Shown here: one piece after another, positions 48,273 to 62,520 of the stretch | How the letters are laid out: every line of letters starts with the position of its first letter | Position numbering within the stretch: the stretch's first letter is position 1 | DNA from: Podarcis pityusensis | Lineage: Eukaryota | NCBI GenBank assembly: GCA_964106645.2 | Contig: OZ067039.1 | Direction: 5' to 3' (one strand) | Length of the DNA stretch: 64,000 bases | Program-made: the position numbers and the translations under genes | The notes under the pieces: generated by a model | The model's database searches: none | What the model was told of the DNA's origin: nothing | What the model saw: the letters and a program-made list of their open reading frames with translations, nothing else

Positions 48273-48689
48273 TACAGTAACTCATTTTGAAGAAATAGGG
48301 GAAACCAAAGCAGGATTACAAGAAAGGGCTCTGAGTAAAATTACATTGTAACCTGGAAGTAGATTGGGTTAGTTGTCAAAGTGTGCAGTCCTGTTTATGT
48401 CTAGACAGAAGCAACAGCCACAGAGGTCAGTGGTACTTAACTCCCAGGAAAGTTGGCATAGGATTTAGCAAAAGTCCACAATCCCATACACCCTTAGCCT
48501 GGCAGTAAGCAACATTAACAACAATTACGTGCAGGACAGTACTGTAAAGTCAATAAAAGTGAAACAAGGAACTTGAGGCACCAACATTGAGTAAGCCTGG
48601 AGAGTTAGACACGGGGGTGATTAGTCTGGGGTGCTGTGGAAGCAGGGCCTGGATTTGTAAATATATATGTATTCTTTTTATGTTTGCAG

Positions 48690-49068
48690 AAGGCAGGTGA
48701 GGAGGTCAAAGGTGAAGAAGAAGAAGAGGAGGAGGAAGAAGAAGAGGATGAAGCCTCCACCATGTCTGAAGGTTCAGAGGTGGCACAAGATTATGAGGCC
48801 AGCAACTACAGCAGACCTGGGATAGGCCAGGTGAACGGGGACTGTAAGGACAGCAAGCATGGTGGGAAAGAGATCCCACCCAGCAGTGCCCTCACCAGAG
48901 ACCTGCGCTCCCTCGAGGAGCAGCCCTTGAACAAAGGATCAGAGCGTCCCCACCATGAAGGAAATGAGCAATGTCATACAAAGGCCTCTTGGCCTGGAGA
49001 AAGTGCCTGTCACCATCTGGGGGGCAGCAAGAAAGATGGCAGCGCCTATCAGCAGCCAGACAGAGCAG
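48690..49068 (+). CDS. SAMD1: SAMD1 exon 2 (acidic poly-Glu tract, SEGSEV motif)
   Basis: tgcag|AAGGCA...GCAG|gtatag; 379 nt, phase 0 to 1. Confidence 0.85.
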
Positions 49069-49533
49069 GTATAGGACATAGGGTGGGCGAGAGGGAGTGG
49101 CAGAGGGCGGGGGGAATAGTTGGCTAAGCTTGACTTTTCTTGGGAGACCCAGGCCCTAGAGGGATATGGTAAAAGATCCTAATGGAGGAAACATTGGAGA
49201 TGGTGATAAGATTATTGCACAGGTTTTTCAAGTGTAAATAGACCCCTGGCGTCATTGTGCAACTCACTATTGAGAATTATGCCTAGGAGCCCTAGGCCAG
49301 GTCAGTATTATGGGTGGATGAGGAGCGGGGGTCGGATTGTGGGAAGGTGGCTTTGGCTCTCAGGTGTTTGTGCCATAGGAATTAAAACTGGCTTCTTGTT
49401 CTCTGCCTCGAAAGGGCTCCAGGCACACACACAAATTCATTCACCAGCTAGTTAAAGCCTCGTTGCTTTGTAAGAGAACCAGGCCCATTCCCATTTGTGT
49501 GTTTTTTTCTCCCTCTCTCTTACTTTCTCCCAG

Positions 49534-49624
49534 TGTCACCAGCTGTTGCAGGTACTGAGCCCTCTGTGCCCTCATCCCCTGGGAGACCTGGCATCCAGGC
49601 AGATGGGAGACCCTTCAGCTGCAC
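49534..49624 (+). CDS. SAMD1: SAMD1 exon 3 (SPAVAGTEPSVPSSPGRPGIQADGRPFSC)
   Basis: Long pyrimidine tract, cccag|TGTCA...TGCAC|gtaagt; 91 nt, phase 1 to 2; resembles recalled human PGKPALPGADGTPFGC. Confidence 0.88.
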
Positions 49625-50284
49625 GTAAGTTTTGAGTGGGCACCGAAAACCCATTTGCTTAATGACAGCTAGTTTACCTATGACCCTCTGTAAGGAGAGA
49701 ACACTTGAGTCCCCTGCCATCAGTGCCACTGCCTATTTAGGGGACTCTAGAAAAGGAACAGACAAGACGTCTTCAGCAGTGAGTAAAGGCTGACTGCATC
49801 TAGAAGGGCTTTCATCTAGGTAAGCTTGCCCCTCATTCTACCCTGGTGCTTATGGGAATGAGGGAGGAGCTGTAGCTGCTGCCTCACCTCAGCTGGTTCT
49901 TAAGAGAAGGAGCAGCAGCACCACTTATCTTTTGCACACTCTGGGAAATGAAGCTGATGTCAGAGTGAATGAGGGGCTGCTGCCCAAGGCGAGCCTTACG
50001 AGGTGGTGGCAGTAGAGGAGGAAGCAGTAAGTTAGTCCTGCAAGTTTTTTCAGCTGCCTCCCTCCTTCATTGGAGGAAATGAGTTGCTGCTGCCCTTCAG
50101 ATTCCAAAGCAGACACAGTGGGGTTGAAATACTTAGACGTCCTCATTAGGCTGCTTTGCACATTGCCATATTCGTGTGACTGTGATGCCATATTGGTGCC
50201 TCTCAATGGGGGCCTTCCCTTCCTGTTTGCTGGGATAGGCTTCCTGTTAGCCTGGCCTCTGTCGCCCATGTTCTGGGAACCTCC

Positions 50285-50665
50285 AAGATAGACTGCTGGA
50301 ATGCACTGTCTATAGAGCTGCCTTGGGAAACTGTTCAGAAGCTGCAGTTCCTATAGAATACAGCTGCTTGATTGCTGCCTGGGACTGGGGGTTAGGATCA
50401 TGTTTTGCCTGTGCTATGTGGCTGCACTGGCTTCCATTCCATTAGTGGGTCCTGTTCAAAGGGAACTTGAAGGGCCATCTGTCTCCAGATATGCCTCACT
50501 GAGGTGAGGTGGGTGGCAACCAGAGAAAGTTTCTTTTTGCTGGTGGATCCCCAGCAAGTGGTGGAACATCTTCTGTCCAAAGATGTTTCCCTGACAAGAT
50601 GCTATTTTTCCTTTCAGCTCCAAGCAGGTATTTTTTTTTTTATTTACCCAAGCTTTTGAGATGAA
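50285..50665 (+). mobile_element. Degenerate L2 LINE 3' remnant in SAMD1 intron 3
   Basis: TAGACTGCTGGAATGCACT...CTGCCTTGGGAAACTGTTCAGAAGCTGCAG...CTGCACTGGCTTCCA...TTATTTACCCAAGCTTTTG. Confidence 0.6.
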
Positions 50666-50998
50666 GTTCTTGCTCTCTGTCATTTTGCAGCATTTGACTT
50701 TATTATTCACATTTTGTTTTATTCTTGCAACCCTTCCCCTTCCCGCAATATATTTGAAGGGTGGTTTAAAAATACACATAATAAATTACTGGGGTGGGGT
50801 TTGGTGGCCCCATACAGAAAAACTTGTCTCTTGCTCAAGTTGGGTTCTTTTTATGATCTGCCACCCCCTGCCCATTCTGGATCCATGCATGCACTCTCTT
50901 CTTTTTAACTGGTGAGAAGTCCACTTCACATTGTGGATCAGGAGGCCATTGGATGCCTGGGGTATGAATTCTCTTTTCTCTCTCTCTCCTCCTTGTAG

Positions 50999-51107
50999 CT
51001 CAGTGAAGGAGAAGCCTTCTGACCCAGTGGAATGGACTGTGAGTGATGTTGTGGATTATTTCACAGAAGCTGGTTTTGCTGAGCAAGCATCTGCCTTTCA
51101 AGAACAG
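50999..51107 (+). CDS. SAMD1: SAMD1 exon 4 (SAM domain first half, [29 protein letters not shown])
   Basis: tgtag|CTCAGT...GAACAG|gtgaga; 109 nt, phase 2 to 0. Confidence 0.95.
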
Positions 51108-52188
51108 GTGAGAACCTTGGGATACCAAGTGAAAGATTTGGGGATTAATGCTCAAGCGGAACTCTTAGTGAAAGGCCCTGAATGGCACGGGCACTGAATG
51201 TTTAACAGGGTAGGGATTGGCATGTGTGCACGCTCAGTTCCTAGTTGCTTAGGGGCTCTTTGTCAAATGTAAAACACGAGCCAGAGTGCATATAATTGTA
51301 CATCAAAGCAGCAGTCACCATGGGGTTTTCTTGCGTGCTAAAAAACCTGCCTTGCAAATAACAGAGGTGCTCACCAATGATTAGAGATCTGTTTCAGTTA
51401 TCCATATTGCTACTCCCCACCCCCACCCCCCATCATTGCTTCCAACTGGCTATTCGCTTAAGGAAAAATAAAGTTACTAGAGCTCAGCAATCCTATTTTA
51501 ATGTGTGCTTATGTTCATAGGAAGGGTCCGGAGTGTTCTCCCACATATGTCTTCCCCATCCCTCTCTGCATGTTGCATCATGGGCCTCTTCCCCTTAGTA
51601 CGGGATTTGGCTCCTTCAGCCCTCTCTCCTCTTATAAGCAAGGCTCTCTGCCTGGTCCAGCTACAGCTGTCAGTGGCACCAACCAAGGCCAAAGTCAGGC
51701 TTCCTTCTTCAGGGATCTGCACCTAGAAGCATCCCACCTTGTCAGCTGGATGCTGTCTATGGACACCTGCGCCTTCAAGCCACCTTTCCATAGGCCCTGT
51801 TGTAACCTAAGCTCAACAGAGGGTGGTGTCGTCATGCTTCCTATGCGCTGTGTTCAGATAGAAAAGCCTGAAAAATACTCTTGTGACTATTTCAAAATAT
51901 GAAATTCTGCTTAGGATGGGCATTTCCTGGTTGGAGGCCTAATGGGCTGATGGCCGGGTGTTAAACCAGTGGCATGAATCGTAATTGATAACGATTAAAT
52001 ATGTGTTAAAAGGATGGGGAAGGACTAAGCATTCAAGATAGACAAAAAAATGTGCATAAATTCAATCATATCCATTCCTCAACCTGGAAACTCGTCTAGA
52101 TTTATAGAACACTTTCCTTCTTCCCTCTGGTTCACTGAGGAGGGGGATTCCTTCTTAATATAGATCTCTGCTATTGCTTTCTTAGAAG

Positions 52189-52190
<2 letters not shown>

Positions 52191-52223
<33 letters not shown>
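52191..52223. repeat. (GT)16 microsatellite
   Basis: Direct reading; about 80 nt upstream of the last SAMD1 acceptor. Confidence 0.95.
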
Positions 52224-52224
<1 letters not shown>

Positions 52225-52305
52225 TCTATATTCTGTCTCTTAATGGGGGGAGTCCCTGTTCCCTAAATGCCCTCTTGTTTTGTGCCTCTGTTGCTCCCGC
52301 TGCAG

Positions 52306-52464
52306 GAGATCGATGGGAAGTCTCTTCTGCTGATGCAGCGCACCGATGTCCTGACCGGCCTCTCCATCCGCCTGGGGCCTGCCCTCAAGATCTACGAGTA
52401 CCACATCAAGGTGCTGCAGCAGTGCCACTTTGAGGAGGACGAGGGCGACTCCTTCATGGGCTGA
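52306..52464 (+). CDS. SAMD1: SAMD1 exon 5, coding part ([30 protein letters not shown]...SFMG*)
   Basis: tgcag|GAGATC...TGA; 159 nt; total CDS 1482 nt = 493 aa. Confidence 0.96.
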   Translation, partial: EIDGKSLLLMQRTDVLTGLSIRLGPALKIYEYHIKVLQQCHFEEDEGDSFMG

Positions 52465-55424
52465 GGAGGACGGGCGCAGCTCACGAAGGGTGTGGAGAGC
52501 TTGGGTGGGGAGAAGTGAACGGGGACTCTGCCAACCGCTACTGTCTCAAGTCATTTCAGCCTTTCTCTGCCTCCATGAAAACAAAGAGAAGCAGCTGTGT
52601 GGGAAGGGGAAGAAGGACTTTGGCCAGATTTTTGTGAAAATGGTGGGGAGGACAGAAATGATGATCCAGGCTTTGCGGCTTCTCTACCCTGATTGTCCAG
52701 AGATAGGAAAGACAGGGAGGGAGGGCTGCAAAAAAAAAATCCCATCCTTCTCCCAACCTGTCTGTGTTACTTACCCCAGCATTTTACTTACCATAGTGCA
52801 TTGTCTGTTCTTGGGAAAGGGTGGAAAGATGTGGTTTTTGTCCCTCTTCCCAGCCGCAGTTTAATTGAGATAATTTGTGCTTCAGCATCCCCCCTTTCCC
52901 CTTCCCCTTTACCACCACAACAACAGCAACCACAGTAGCACTTGATGGTCCTACCTGCTCCCCCTCCCTTTGTTGCTGTTCTCAAGAAGACAAAGATAGA
53001 GCCTGCGAAGGTGTCAGGAGGTTTTAATCAAATATCTTTTTATTCTCTTTTCTGTTTGGGTAGGCTTTTCTTCCAGTTTTCATGGTCGTTGCCCAGAGTC
53101 AACTGCTTTTTATTATTTCTTTCTTCCCATTTTTAAAAAAAATATAAATATTTAAACTGGAAAAAAACCCAATTGGTTTAGTATTCCCAGACTTGTTAGC
53201 CTTCTGGAAGGGGTATTGGATCACCTAAAATGAACACGTGTCTAAAGAACAAAAGTATGTGTAAAAAGAGGTGGAAGTCCTAAGTTCTGCTCTCTTTTTC
53301 TCTCCTTTTTTATTTGAGGGTGGTGATGTCACCTAGTGGTTGTTTATGGGATGTATTCTGACTAGTCCAGGGATGGGAGCAGAACTCTGGAGTTCTGGCT
53401 CAATTTTCAATGCTATAATCAACTGGGGTAAAAAAGTGCGGTAACATTTGCACATCACCAGGAAGTCTAAAATGAAACACTTAGGGTTTAGGGAAGGTCT
53501 CTTTGCAGTGGCAGAGGCAGATGACTCGTTGTCTGCATATATTCACAACCAGGTGGTTTAGCTGGTGCTTCTATAGCAGATAATATAAGTGGAGCAAACA
53601 CTTTGGGGACTGAAAAGAGCAAGGAAAGGAAATGGTCCGCAGTCCTGTTCTCAGTTACGAAAAATGGGGTGGTGGTTTTTGTTGCCTTAAGAAAGGATCT
53701 CCTCTTGTTAAAGCAGGCCAAGCCCGCAAAGGTATACTGTAAAGGCAAGAGGTGGTGGTAAAAAAGACTACAGTGAAATTGGCTCTTTGTGCACATCAAA
53801 TGGAGAGGATCTAGCTATGGCACACAACACAAAATCTGAGCTTTCTTGGTGATTTTTCAGGGCACACCTCTTGAGTACCCCAGTTGCTTAGTAAGTATCT
53901 GTTTCACAAAACAGTTTGAAACTCGTTTCACTGTCACGGCTTTCTGTAAAGAACTGCAGGAATGGAAACCTTTTGGTGAGGCTGCTGAGAACTCTTTTGT
54001 AGTATCTTAGACCCTTTTACAGAACGACACTTCCTAGAATTTGTTGTTTTAGAGCCGTGGCAGATGAGGGTTGAAACTGGTTTAAATTTGGAATGTAGAC
54101 AGGCCCTTAGTACAGTTTGAGGATCAGTGGATAGACAGTAGCTACCCTGTTTAGTTGTGACTCAGAAACAAAGAAGCGTACGTAGCTCGAGACACAACCC
54201 AACATGCATGCCTAGAGGAATGCACAGCTAGACAGGAGCACACTGAATTTATGTTCTCAAAATTTTATTTGGAACCATGAGGGCTAGAAACCTATTGTTT
54301 GAACTTTGAAAGCAGAGGTTCTCAATGTTGTAGCACAAAAGTGCCTCAGGGGCTTACATACCGGCTGCATGTTGCCCCCTATTGCACTAGACCCTACTAT
54401 TTTGTCCAGAGCTGGGAATAAAAAAACAACAAGATTTTTGGGTTCTAATATGTATTCTGTTTATTGGCCACCAGTTGTCAAAAGAGCTGCCATAGGAGGT
54501 GAAATGCTTTAGGAACCAATTTAGATGACTCAACAGTGGGAGTGATTTTTCAAACTCTTTGTGCTGTACTTTTGGGAACAGAGTAGGGCTACAGAATTGG
54601 GCTGCCCCTTTACTTCATTGTTATTGACACTGGCCAGGGTGGAAAGAGGAGAGGACATTAATAATCCACAGTGGGAAGGTGTAGATTGGAATGGACAAAG
54701 CCAAGCAAGGCTGTTGCAGCGCAGTGTTCTGAAAATTCCTCTGTGAGGCTTGGATGGGACAAGGTTGTGTTGCCTGTCAGTGCAGAGGGTAGTTCAAGTA
54801 AGAGACAAGATAGAAAGGGGCTTCAGGATCCAAACTTCCTAGATATACTGTAGTACAGTTTAAGGGCTGATATACATGACTGTGGGCTGATGAAAACACA
54901 GATAAGGTGTTGGCTGGTTGTGTGGTTTTTTAAAAAACAGATTTGTGCTTTGGGATCTAGGCTTGAGCTGGTTGGCAGTGAGCCCAGGTAGTAACATACA
55001 GGTTTTGGAAATTTGTGCACGGGGAATGGCCTTGGCTAAGGCTGTGCTGAGGTGTGAACCGGGCTTGTGTTCACTAATTCAACACCTACAAAATCCAAAG
55101 GCGAAGTTTCCTTAGTAAAGGTGGACACAACATATTGCACAGTATTTTATGTTGATCTAGGCTAATCTAGTGACTGGAAGTTAAACACTTAAAGGCTAGG
55201 AATTAATTTGGACCATTCTAATGAGGAGAAATAGTATTTTAATACTACAGCTGGTCAAATAAGTGCTCCATCACTTTGGATGACTCTCAGTTCCAACGAA
55301 GTTTCATCTCAACCTTTATTTGAAATCTAGTTTGGATGTGAAGCTGAAACCGGAGGTTTGGGATGGACTGGGCTGAGGAATCACATGCACCCAATTCAGT
55401 GCAAGACTTCGCACCTGACGCCCT

Positions 55425-55616
55425 CAGAGCTTTCCAAACTTTTCATCTTGGCGACACACTTTTTAGACATGCATCATTTTGTGACACAGTAATTCAGTTT
55501 TGCTAGCAAACCAGAGGTTAAACTAACCCCTTTCCATCACCGGGAGGAGAGCGGGGAGTGTTTGCGCGACACACTAACACACTAAGGTGTCACTACACAG
55601 AGTTTGGAAAGCTCTG
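55425..55616. mobile_element. hAT-type MITE (192 bp)
   Basis: Perfect 16-bp TIRs CAGAGCTTTCCAAACT / AGTTTGGAAAGCTCTG; internal GACACAC repeats; TSD not clean. Confidence 0.8.
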
Positions 55617-58600
55617 CTCTACCTGAATTGAATACATAACAGTTACTTAACCTATTCAGAGACTGGATCACAGACATTTCCCTAAACTTGCTTAAAATCC
55701 TAATTTCAGTCATGGTGCAGAGGTGGTCCAGCACCCAATGTTGCTGCAGAAGCAATATGTCACAGGTGGTGAAAAGCAAATGCGGGGGGGCAGGGAGTGG
55801 GAAATATTCTGGGGTCATTTAACCAACTAGGCCTCTGGCAAAGTGGTCATTCCTCAGACTGCTGATCAGTGATGCCTTGGGTGTGTGGTTGAAATATCAA
55901 GGAAATGCTTGATATTTCATGGGCTTCTCCTTGGAAATGGTGATGCAATCTAAGCCCACATACCCACCTGAAAGAAGTGGACGGAGGATAATTAAGAAAA
56001 TACATGCTTCTAACAGACTTTGCAGCTTTCCTATTAATTCTTCAGATTTCCCTCTGAATAAGTGATTGCAACTAGCATTTGCTGATGAACATGGGATGGA
56101 ACTGTCCAACTTTGGGACTACAAGTGGTTGAGCTATGAGTATGGATGCCTCCGGATGTCCTCTTTTCTGTTTCCAAATGTACTGCCTAGACTTAAAATGG
56201 ATGGAGGACCTGTAGCCCTCCAGAAGTTGGACTTCCAGCCAGCATGGTCAGGAATGATGGAAGCCGTAATGCAGCCCCAGCATCTTGGGCCCTACAGATG
56301 CCCTTACACTCTGAGGATCCCTAGGCTGTAGTTCTATACCTGCTTACCGTGGGATAAGCTCAGTTGAAGTGAGTGGAACCTACAGCTGAGTACAGGATTG
56401 TTAGTTACTTTCAGCACTATGTGGCATTTAAATTGAGATTAACCCAAAAGCAGCTGGGTTGTCAAAGATGAACATCCCTACAGAACAAATTCATTCAGGA
56501 CTGGCAAACTAGAGGTATCAATGTTTGTGGTGCTTACAGCCAGAAGTTGATCTTTTAAAACAATAACGTGCTGCTCCTGTTTAGCTATGAGTATCTAACC
56601 TCGTGGCTAATGGACCTGATGCATTGTCCTGCAGCATACACACACAAAAAGGCAACCAAAGCAATGAAGCATCTGAGGAAAGGCCAAAATACTTGAAGCT
56701 TTATAATTAAATGGAAGAGGGGAGGTTATGAATTGTGTGTGTTGCGGCAAGTCCATCTCTTCCCTACATACAGGCCATGCTTCCGCCCCTGACAAACAGA
56801 TCAAGGACAGACTTTTTTAAAAACTATGCTTTGTCAGATAGCTGATGGAAGGCTGTTGTATGACGTGATGGCCACTGGCTCCAGTGCAGGGTCCAGCACT
56901 AGCTGTTTGCCATGATACACTAAATGGACACACCTGATTCAGAGGCAGTCTACCTCTGACAGCCAGCTGGCAGTCTAGCCACTCTCAAAAACAGGATGCT
57001 GAAGTGGATGAACTCTGTCTGAGGCCACGGAAGTCTTTATGTTCCTCATTCTGACTTCAATGTACCTTTGGGAGTAGATAATAAATTAGGATTGATTCCT
57101 CCCCTCCCCCAAGAAGATTTACAATGAAAGCAACAGCTCTGTGGCTGATAACTCTGTGTAAGGAAAGATTCTGCTTCAGTAAAAAATAGTAAAGGACTTT
57201 GAATTCCCATTGTGCTGATCCTTCATTGCTTTCAACTTGGTAGCCGCTGTAGGGAGTTCCAGATTAGGTCACTGTCGAGTTCACAATTATTACTCCGTTC
57301 TTCCTGAGAAGTGATTGCATACTGCGCTTTGTGCTGGACTTCAGTAACATAACTGCATATTGAGGATGGGAATGGGGTGAGGGAAGATCAGAGGCTTTTG
57401 GTTTAAAGGATAATAACTCCTGGCTCCCATAAGAGGGTCCATTTGATCAATCCACTACGTTTGCATCTGTTTATAAGATGCTGAACTGGACTTTTTGCAT
57501 GGCAAGCAACCATAACAGGACTCCTTGCCCAGGCAAAGCCTGTATTCCTTGGAACAAAGTAATAGTTTGTGTGGGTCTTGGGAATGGCAAAAAAGCAAAA
57601 AAATAAAATAGAACTAAGCCTGGGGGAAATCCTGCTACAACCAATTTTTTTAGGGTAAGGTATAGGGGGCCCAGCTGCAGAAATACAAATTATGGAAAGT
57701 AGGCTATGATAGACACCTTACAAATAGAACTGCATACTTGGTATAGCATTTTTTATTTTTTATAGTATTGGTTTGGATGTAGGTAGGTTGGAGAATCTGC
57801 ACAGGAACTCAAGGGAAAATATATGCTGCTAGGACACTTTTGAGACCGCTTAGTGTGCCATTCCAACATGTCACTCAGAGCATACCCATTGGAATTAATG
57901 ACTGTGACTAAGATTGGTTGATAAATTTCAATGGACGGGATTTACCTAACCAGCCCCTCAGCAGAAGCACCACACAAGCTTGCCCCTGCACACCATGTCA
58001 CACCCCAAAATTGGTTATTTTGGCAAGGTGTGCGCACATCAGAAGAACTCCCAGAATAGTACACAGGAGGAGAGGGAAATGATTCTATCCAAACAGCTGG
58101 AAGAGTGATGTTGACTTCCACCAAATATTTCCTGAGTAAAAGCCTGAGGGTGCCACTTAAGTCATTGGTACTTAAAAGGTAAACACGCATCCCTTTACGT
58201 CATTTTGCTACAGCAAATCATTCTGTGAACTACAGCAGGAACAGTTGCGAGCTCTTAAATAAAAGTCTCTTTCAGTACGCAAACTGCAGCTGCACCTGTC
58301 AGCCAAGCTTTAAGGTACAGGGGCTAGAGATGAATGTGTTGGTGTTGCCCACTGTGCGCAGACTGCATCTTTTAAAGCCCATCCATATCCTTTTGATGAC
58401 ATAACAGACACAGCAGAACTGTGCCAGCAGCTTCTACTTTGTAGTTTTACTTGAGCACACAGAAGAACCGGCTAACCATCATTACCAACAACCAATTTTG
58501 TTGTGGTTACAATAATAAAGCGTTCAATTAACAGAAGGAAGATGCCACCTGTCCCATGCTTCATAAGGGTAGGCGAAGAGTACAGAGCTAGCAGTTCAAA

Positions 58601-58990
58601 TGGTTAAATCTCTTATCCAGGCCTGAACTGGTACCTAATTTTGAAGCAATTTACACCCATCATGCAGGACCCCAAACCATTGTCCAGTATATGCAAGTCT
58701 TTTAAATGTACACTGCAAATGTAGAATTTGGAGCTGGATACAGGATTCAGGCCTGACATGGAACTGCATTGCAGCATGTCATCTAAGGAACCAGTCTAGG
58801 CACCAATATTAAGGTGAAGTTGCTAGGGAAAGAGTTTTAGGGAAGATGAAGAAAGCAATTCACCACAAGCGCAAAGTTGTATTAGAACTGAAACCTATTT
58901 TGAGGAAATAAATATATTACATCCTGAACATATAAGCCCCCCCCCCCCCATTTTGAAACATGGACACAACAGCAGAAACTCAAGTTCATC

Positions 58991-58996
58991 TTTATT
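58991..58996 (-). terminator. Candidate polyadenylation signal of the PRR36-like gene
   Basis: Minus-strand AATAAA followed by GT/T-rich sequence (GTTTCTGCTGTTGTGTCC), about 2 kb past the stop; alternatives at 59634-59639 and 57752-57757. Confidence 0.4.
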
Positions 58997-60973
58997 TTAA
59001 GAAACTAAGAAAAATCTATCATAATTTATCACCAACAATGTGCTACATTACAAAAGCAGTCACACACATGCAAACTTCAGGAGGGAGGGCGGGAAACCAC
59101 ACAGGGAAACCACACACCTTGTTACAGTTAATAAGGCTCCATTTCCAATGATATCACTACACAAAGCTACAGTTCCATCGAGTTGTAAGAGATACTCCCC
59201 AAACCCTGCATTCAAGGCACATGTAGCTGCATGGACAAGAGTTACCAAGAGGAAAACCATTTCTGAAGGCATGGAAGAGAAGGACCATATTGCCATGCAA
59301 TGTTAGGTCTCACAGTTGGGCTACTTCCGCCATAGCAATTTGTAATGCCTGGGCACTTTCAGCCCCACAAGCAAGGCAGGGCTAACCAACATGGGCGCCT
59401 TGTCCCTACCTAGAAAACAAGCTTCTCCATCTCATGTAACATTTCCCTAGCAGCACTAATCTCTCAAGGTAATTGACTCAAGAATCCTAAATTCTGCCAT
59501 CTCCATTGTAGCAGGCAGAAATGGAGGAAAGTAACGCGTCAAAGGCATCTCTACCTCTGCACTGCTCAAGAGTTTCTCTAGCAAGTGGTCCTGTGCTACG
59601 TGCCCAAGTATGCAGAGGTGAAGGAGAATTTTTTTTATTCTTTAAATCCCTGTGATGGGACATGGGTGTCCCACAACTGGCATGTGGGGTAAAGACGGTA
59701 ATTTTGTCCCACTTAATACCAGCAAATGCTAGCAGGCCTTTACTAGAAAAAAAAGATGCAGTGTTTCATCGCCATTAAAGTCTGTTACAGCAGAGTCCCA
59801 CAGTAAAAAGTGTCAATTGCATCTGTCCATCATCAAAGAAAGGAAGTCCCTGGGCATGGCATAGCTATCCCTGCAAAGCACCACAGGAAACCTGCAGGTT
59901 GCTACTGTTGTGCCAATACTGAGACAGGATAGCACAGGCACTGGCATTGCAATCTTGTCCACTTCTCTATACTGCTGAACTTTGGGTTCAAGCTCCCAGG
60001 AAGAAGACGCCCTGTACCAAACAATTCCCAAGCAGAATAATTCCCAAAGAGATTCTCATTATCCTTTTCCCTGGACAGGGTACGGATGTCTATGTAAAAA
60101 AAAACCAAGTTGATGGGCACTTGGATGGCAAACCACATACCAGCACAAGCCCTCCCACCAAACACACACACTTTGAAACCTGGGGCATGACCCGCTCCTG
60201 AGAAATACAGAAATGCCCAAAGACAGAGCAGTTCCTCCTCACTTGTAGATGCTCCCCCCCTTATGTCATTGGAGGGGCAATTTCATGTGTTGCTCTTTCA
60301 GGGGAAAGAGGTAGAAACGCCTTTCTCCCAAGAGCAAGCAATTTGCTGTAGAAGGGTTCCCTGTATCTGTAGTCAGCTATGAGAAATGAGGCATGTGAAC
60401 ACTTTCTGCCAACCTAGGAAAGGTCTGCCAGCCTTTGTAGCCATTAATTGCCAATAAATCCATGTGGAATTCCAAGGCCACATCAGTAACTGTATCAGAC
60501 AGTTGCTTATCTATGGCTGGGGCAGCCCCCTGCCAAGTAGAGAAAGTATTGGTATGTCAACCAAAGGCAGAGGGGTGTGGTCGTCCCCCCCCCCAGCACT
60601 TACCAGGCGAAGTTGCGCAGGACTATCTCAAGTGTAGAAGCTGCCCCATATCACTGAAAACCCAAACAAAATGTAGAGGGGGTCCAGTGAGCTAAAAGCA
60701 GCTCAAAAGTGAATTTGCACTTTCTGGCAAGTGGCAAAAACAGCGGCTAAGCTACGGTAAAAGCCAATAGAGCAATCATCTCAGATAGTGTTTCTCATTA
60801 GCTGCCCAAGAGATCAGGAGAAGGGGAGGAGGAACACCCCCGCAGTTGGCTAACACTAGATTCTGAAGTCCCTACAGGAACGGCTGGATCGTACCTAAGG
60901 GGAAGGGTATTGGGGGGAGGGGGAAACAAGTCAAAATGCCCAAGGGAAACTTTCCATTTCCAAGGAAACAAAT

Positions 60974-61522
<549 letters not shown>

Positions 61523-62329
61523 TTAAAAAGAAAACCTGAGATGCTTCTCAGCCTGGCAAAAGCTGCCTTCAAAGGTTGCTGTTATCTATTGACTGAACCC
61601 ACCACCACTGCAATGCCTGGGCTGTGCAGAACCCTTTTGTTCAGATCGCCTACTTTATCTCCCTCTAGTGTTGTCCCATCCAGATATGGGGCCAGCTTAA
61701 TGGACATACAACAGCTGTAAGAACTGCATGGGGACCTGGCTAGGGTGGCCTTTTGGGATTCCCAAGCAACTCCCCATTCACTCACGGTCCCTGTCAAACA
61801 GCCACTCCCGAGTTTCTCAAGATGATAGGTTGGGCAGGAGGGCAATTAATTCTTAAGAACTTCATTGGCTTTATAAAACTTAAGCTAGTTCTTAAATCAG
61901 TTATTTCTTCTCAACAGCACCTATATTTTCTGGAGTCCTGGTTGACCATTTTACTTAAAAAGCCAACCAGCAGCAGAAAGATGTATCCATCAAGGAAGTT
62001 GTAGTTAAGTTGCCAGTCAGCTCTGCCATTCTTTTGACAAAACAGAACACCCAATCATTCTTACTGGGGACCCAAGTATCTTTCGGCATGTGACCTTGTT
62101 AGTCCAGTAGGATTTCAACGTATTTTGCTCCCCCTAGAATGGCAATTAGTTTGAACACTCCCCCATTTCACTACACCTATCGCTTCTAAAGAGATCAACC
62201 TATGCTCTTCCTACCACTCTACAGAAGGTCACAAGGTTAAGGTATCATATTCCAAGATTACAACTGTAACAAAGCTGGTTTGCCTAGATCAGTTGCCTTA
62301 GCCAACTTCATAGACTACAGTGGCGGTGG

Positions 62330-62520
62330 GGGGGCTCATAGAATCCCCTGCTTGATGCTGGATTTTCTGAGCTAAAACATCTCCAGCAGAGGGCTGCCTA
62401 GCTTCTGCTCAAAGACCTCCATCCCCCTAGGGTTTGCTGCCATCAACAGGTTTCTCCTGTTACTTAAGCCTTAGGTCTAGTTCAGGCCTCTAGAGCAGCA
62501 GAGTGGGTTTTGCCCTCTTC
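62330..62520 (-). mobile_element. Old CR1 remnant
   Basis: CCCCTGCTTGATGCTGG...CAGCAGAGGGCTGCCTAGCTTCTGCTCAAAGACCTCC...TCTAGAGCAGCAGAG..GCCCTCTTC pattern. Confidence 0.4.
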
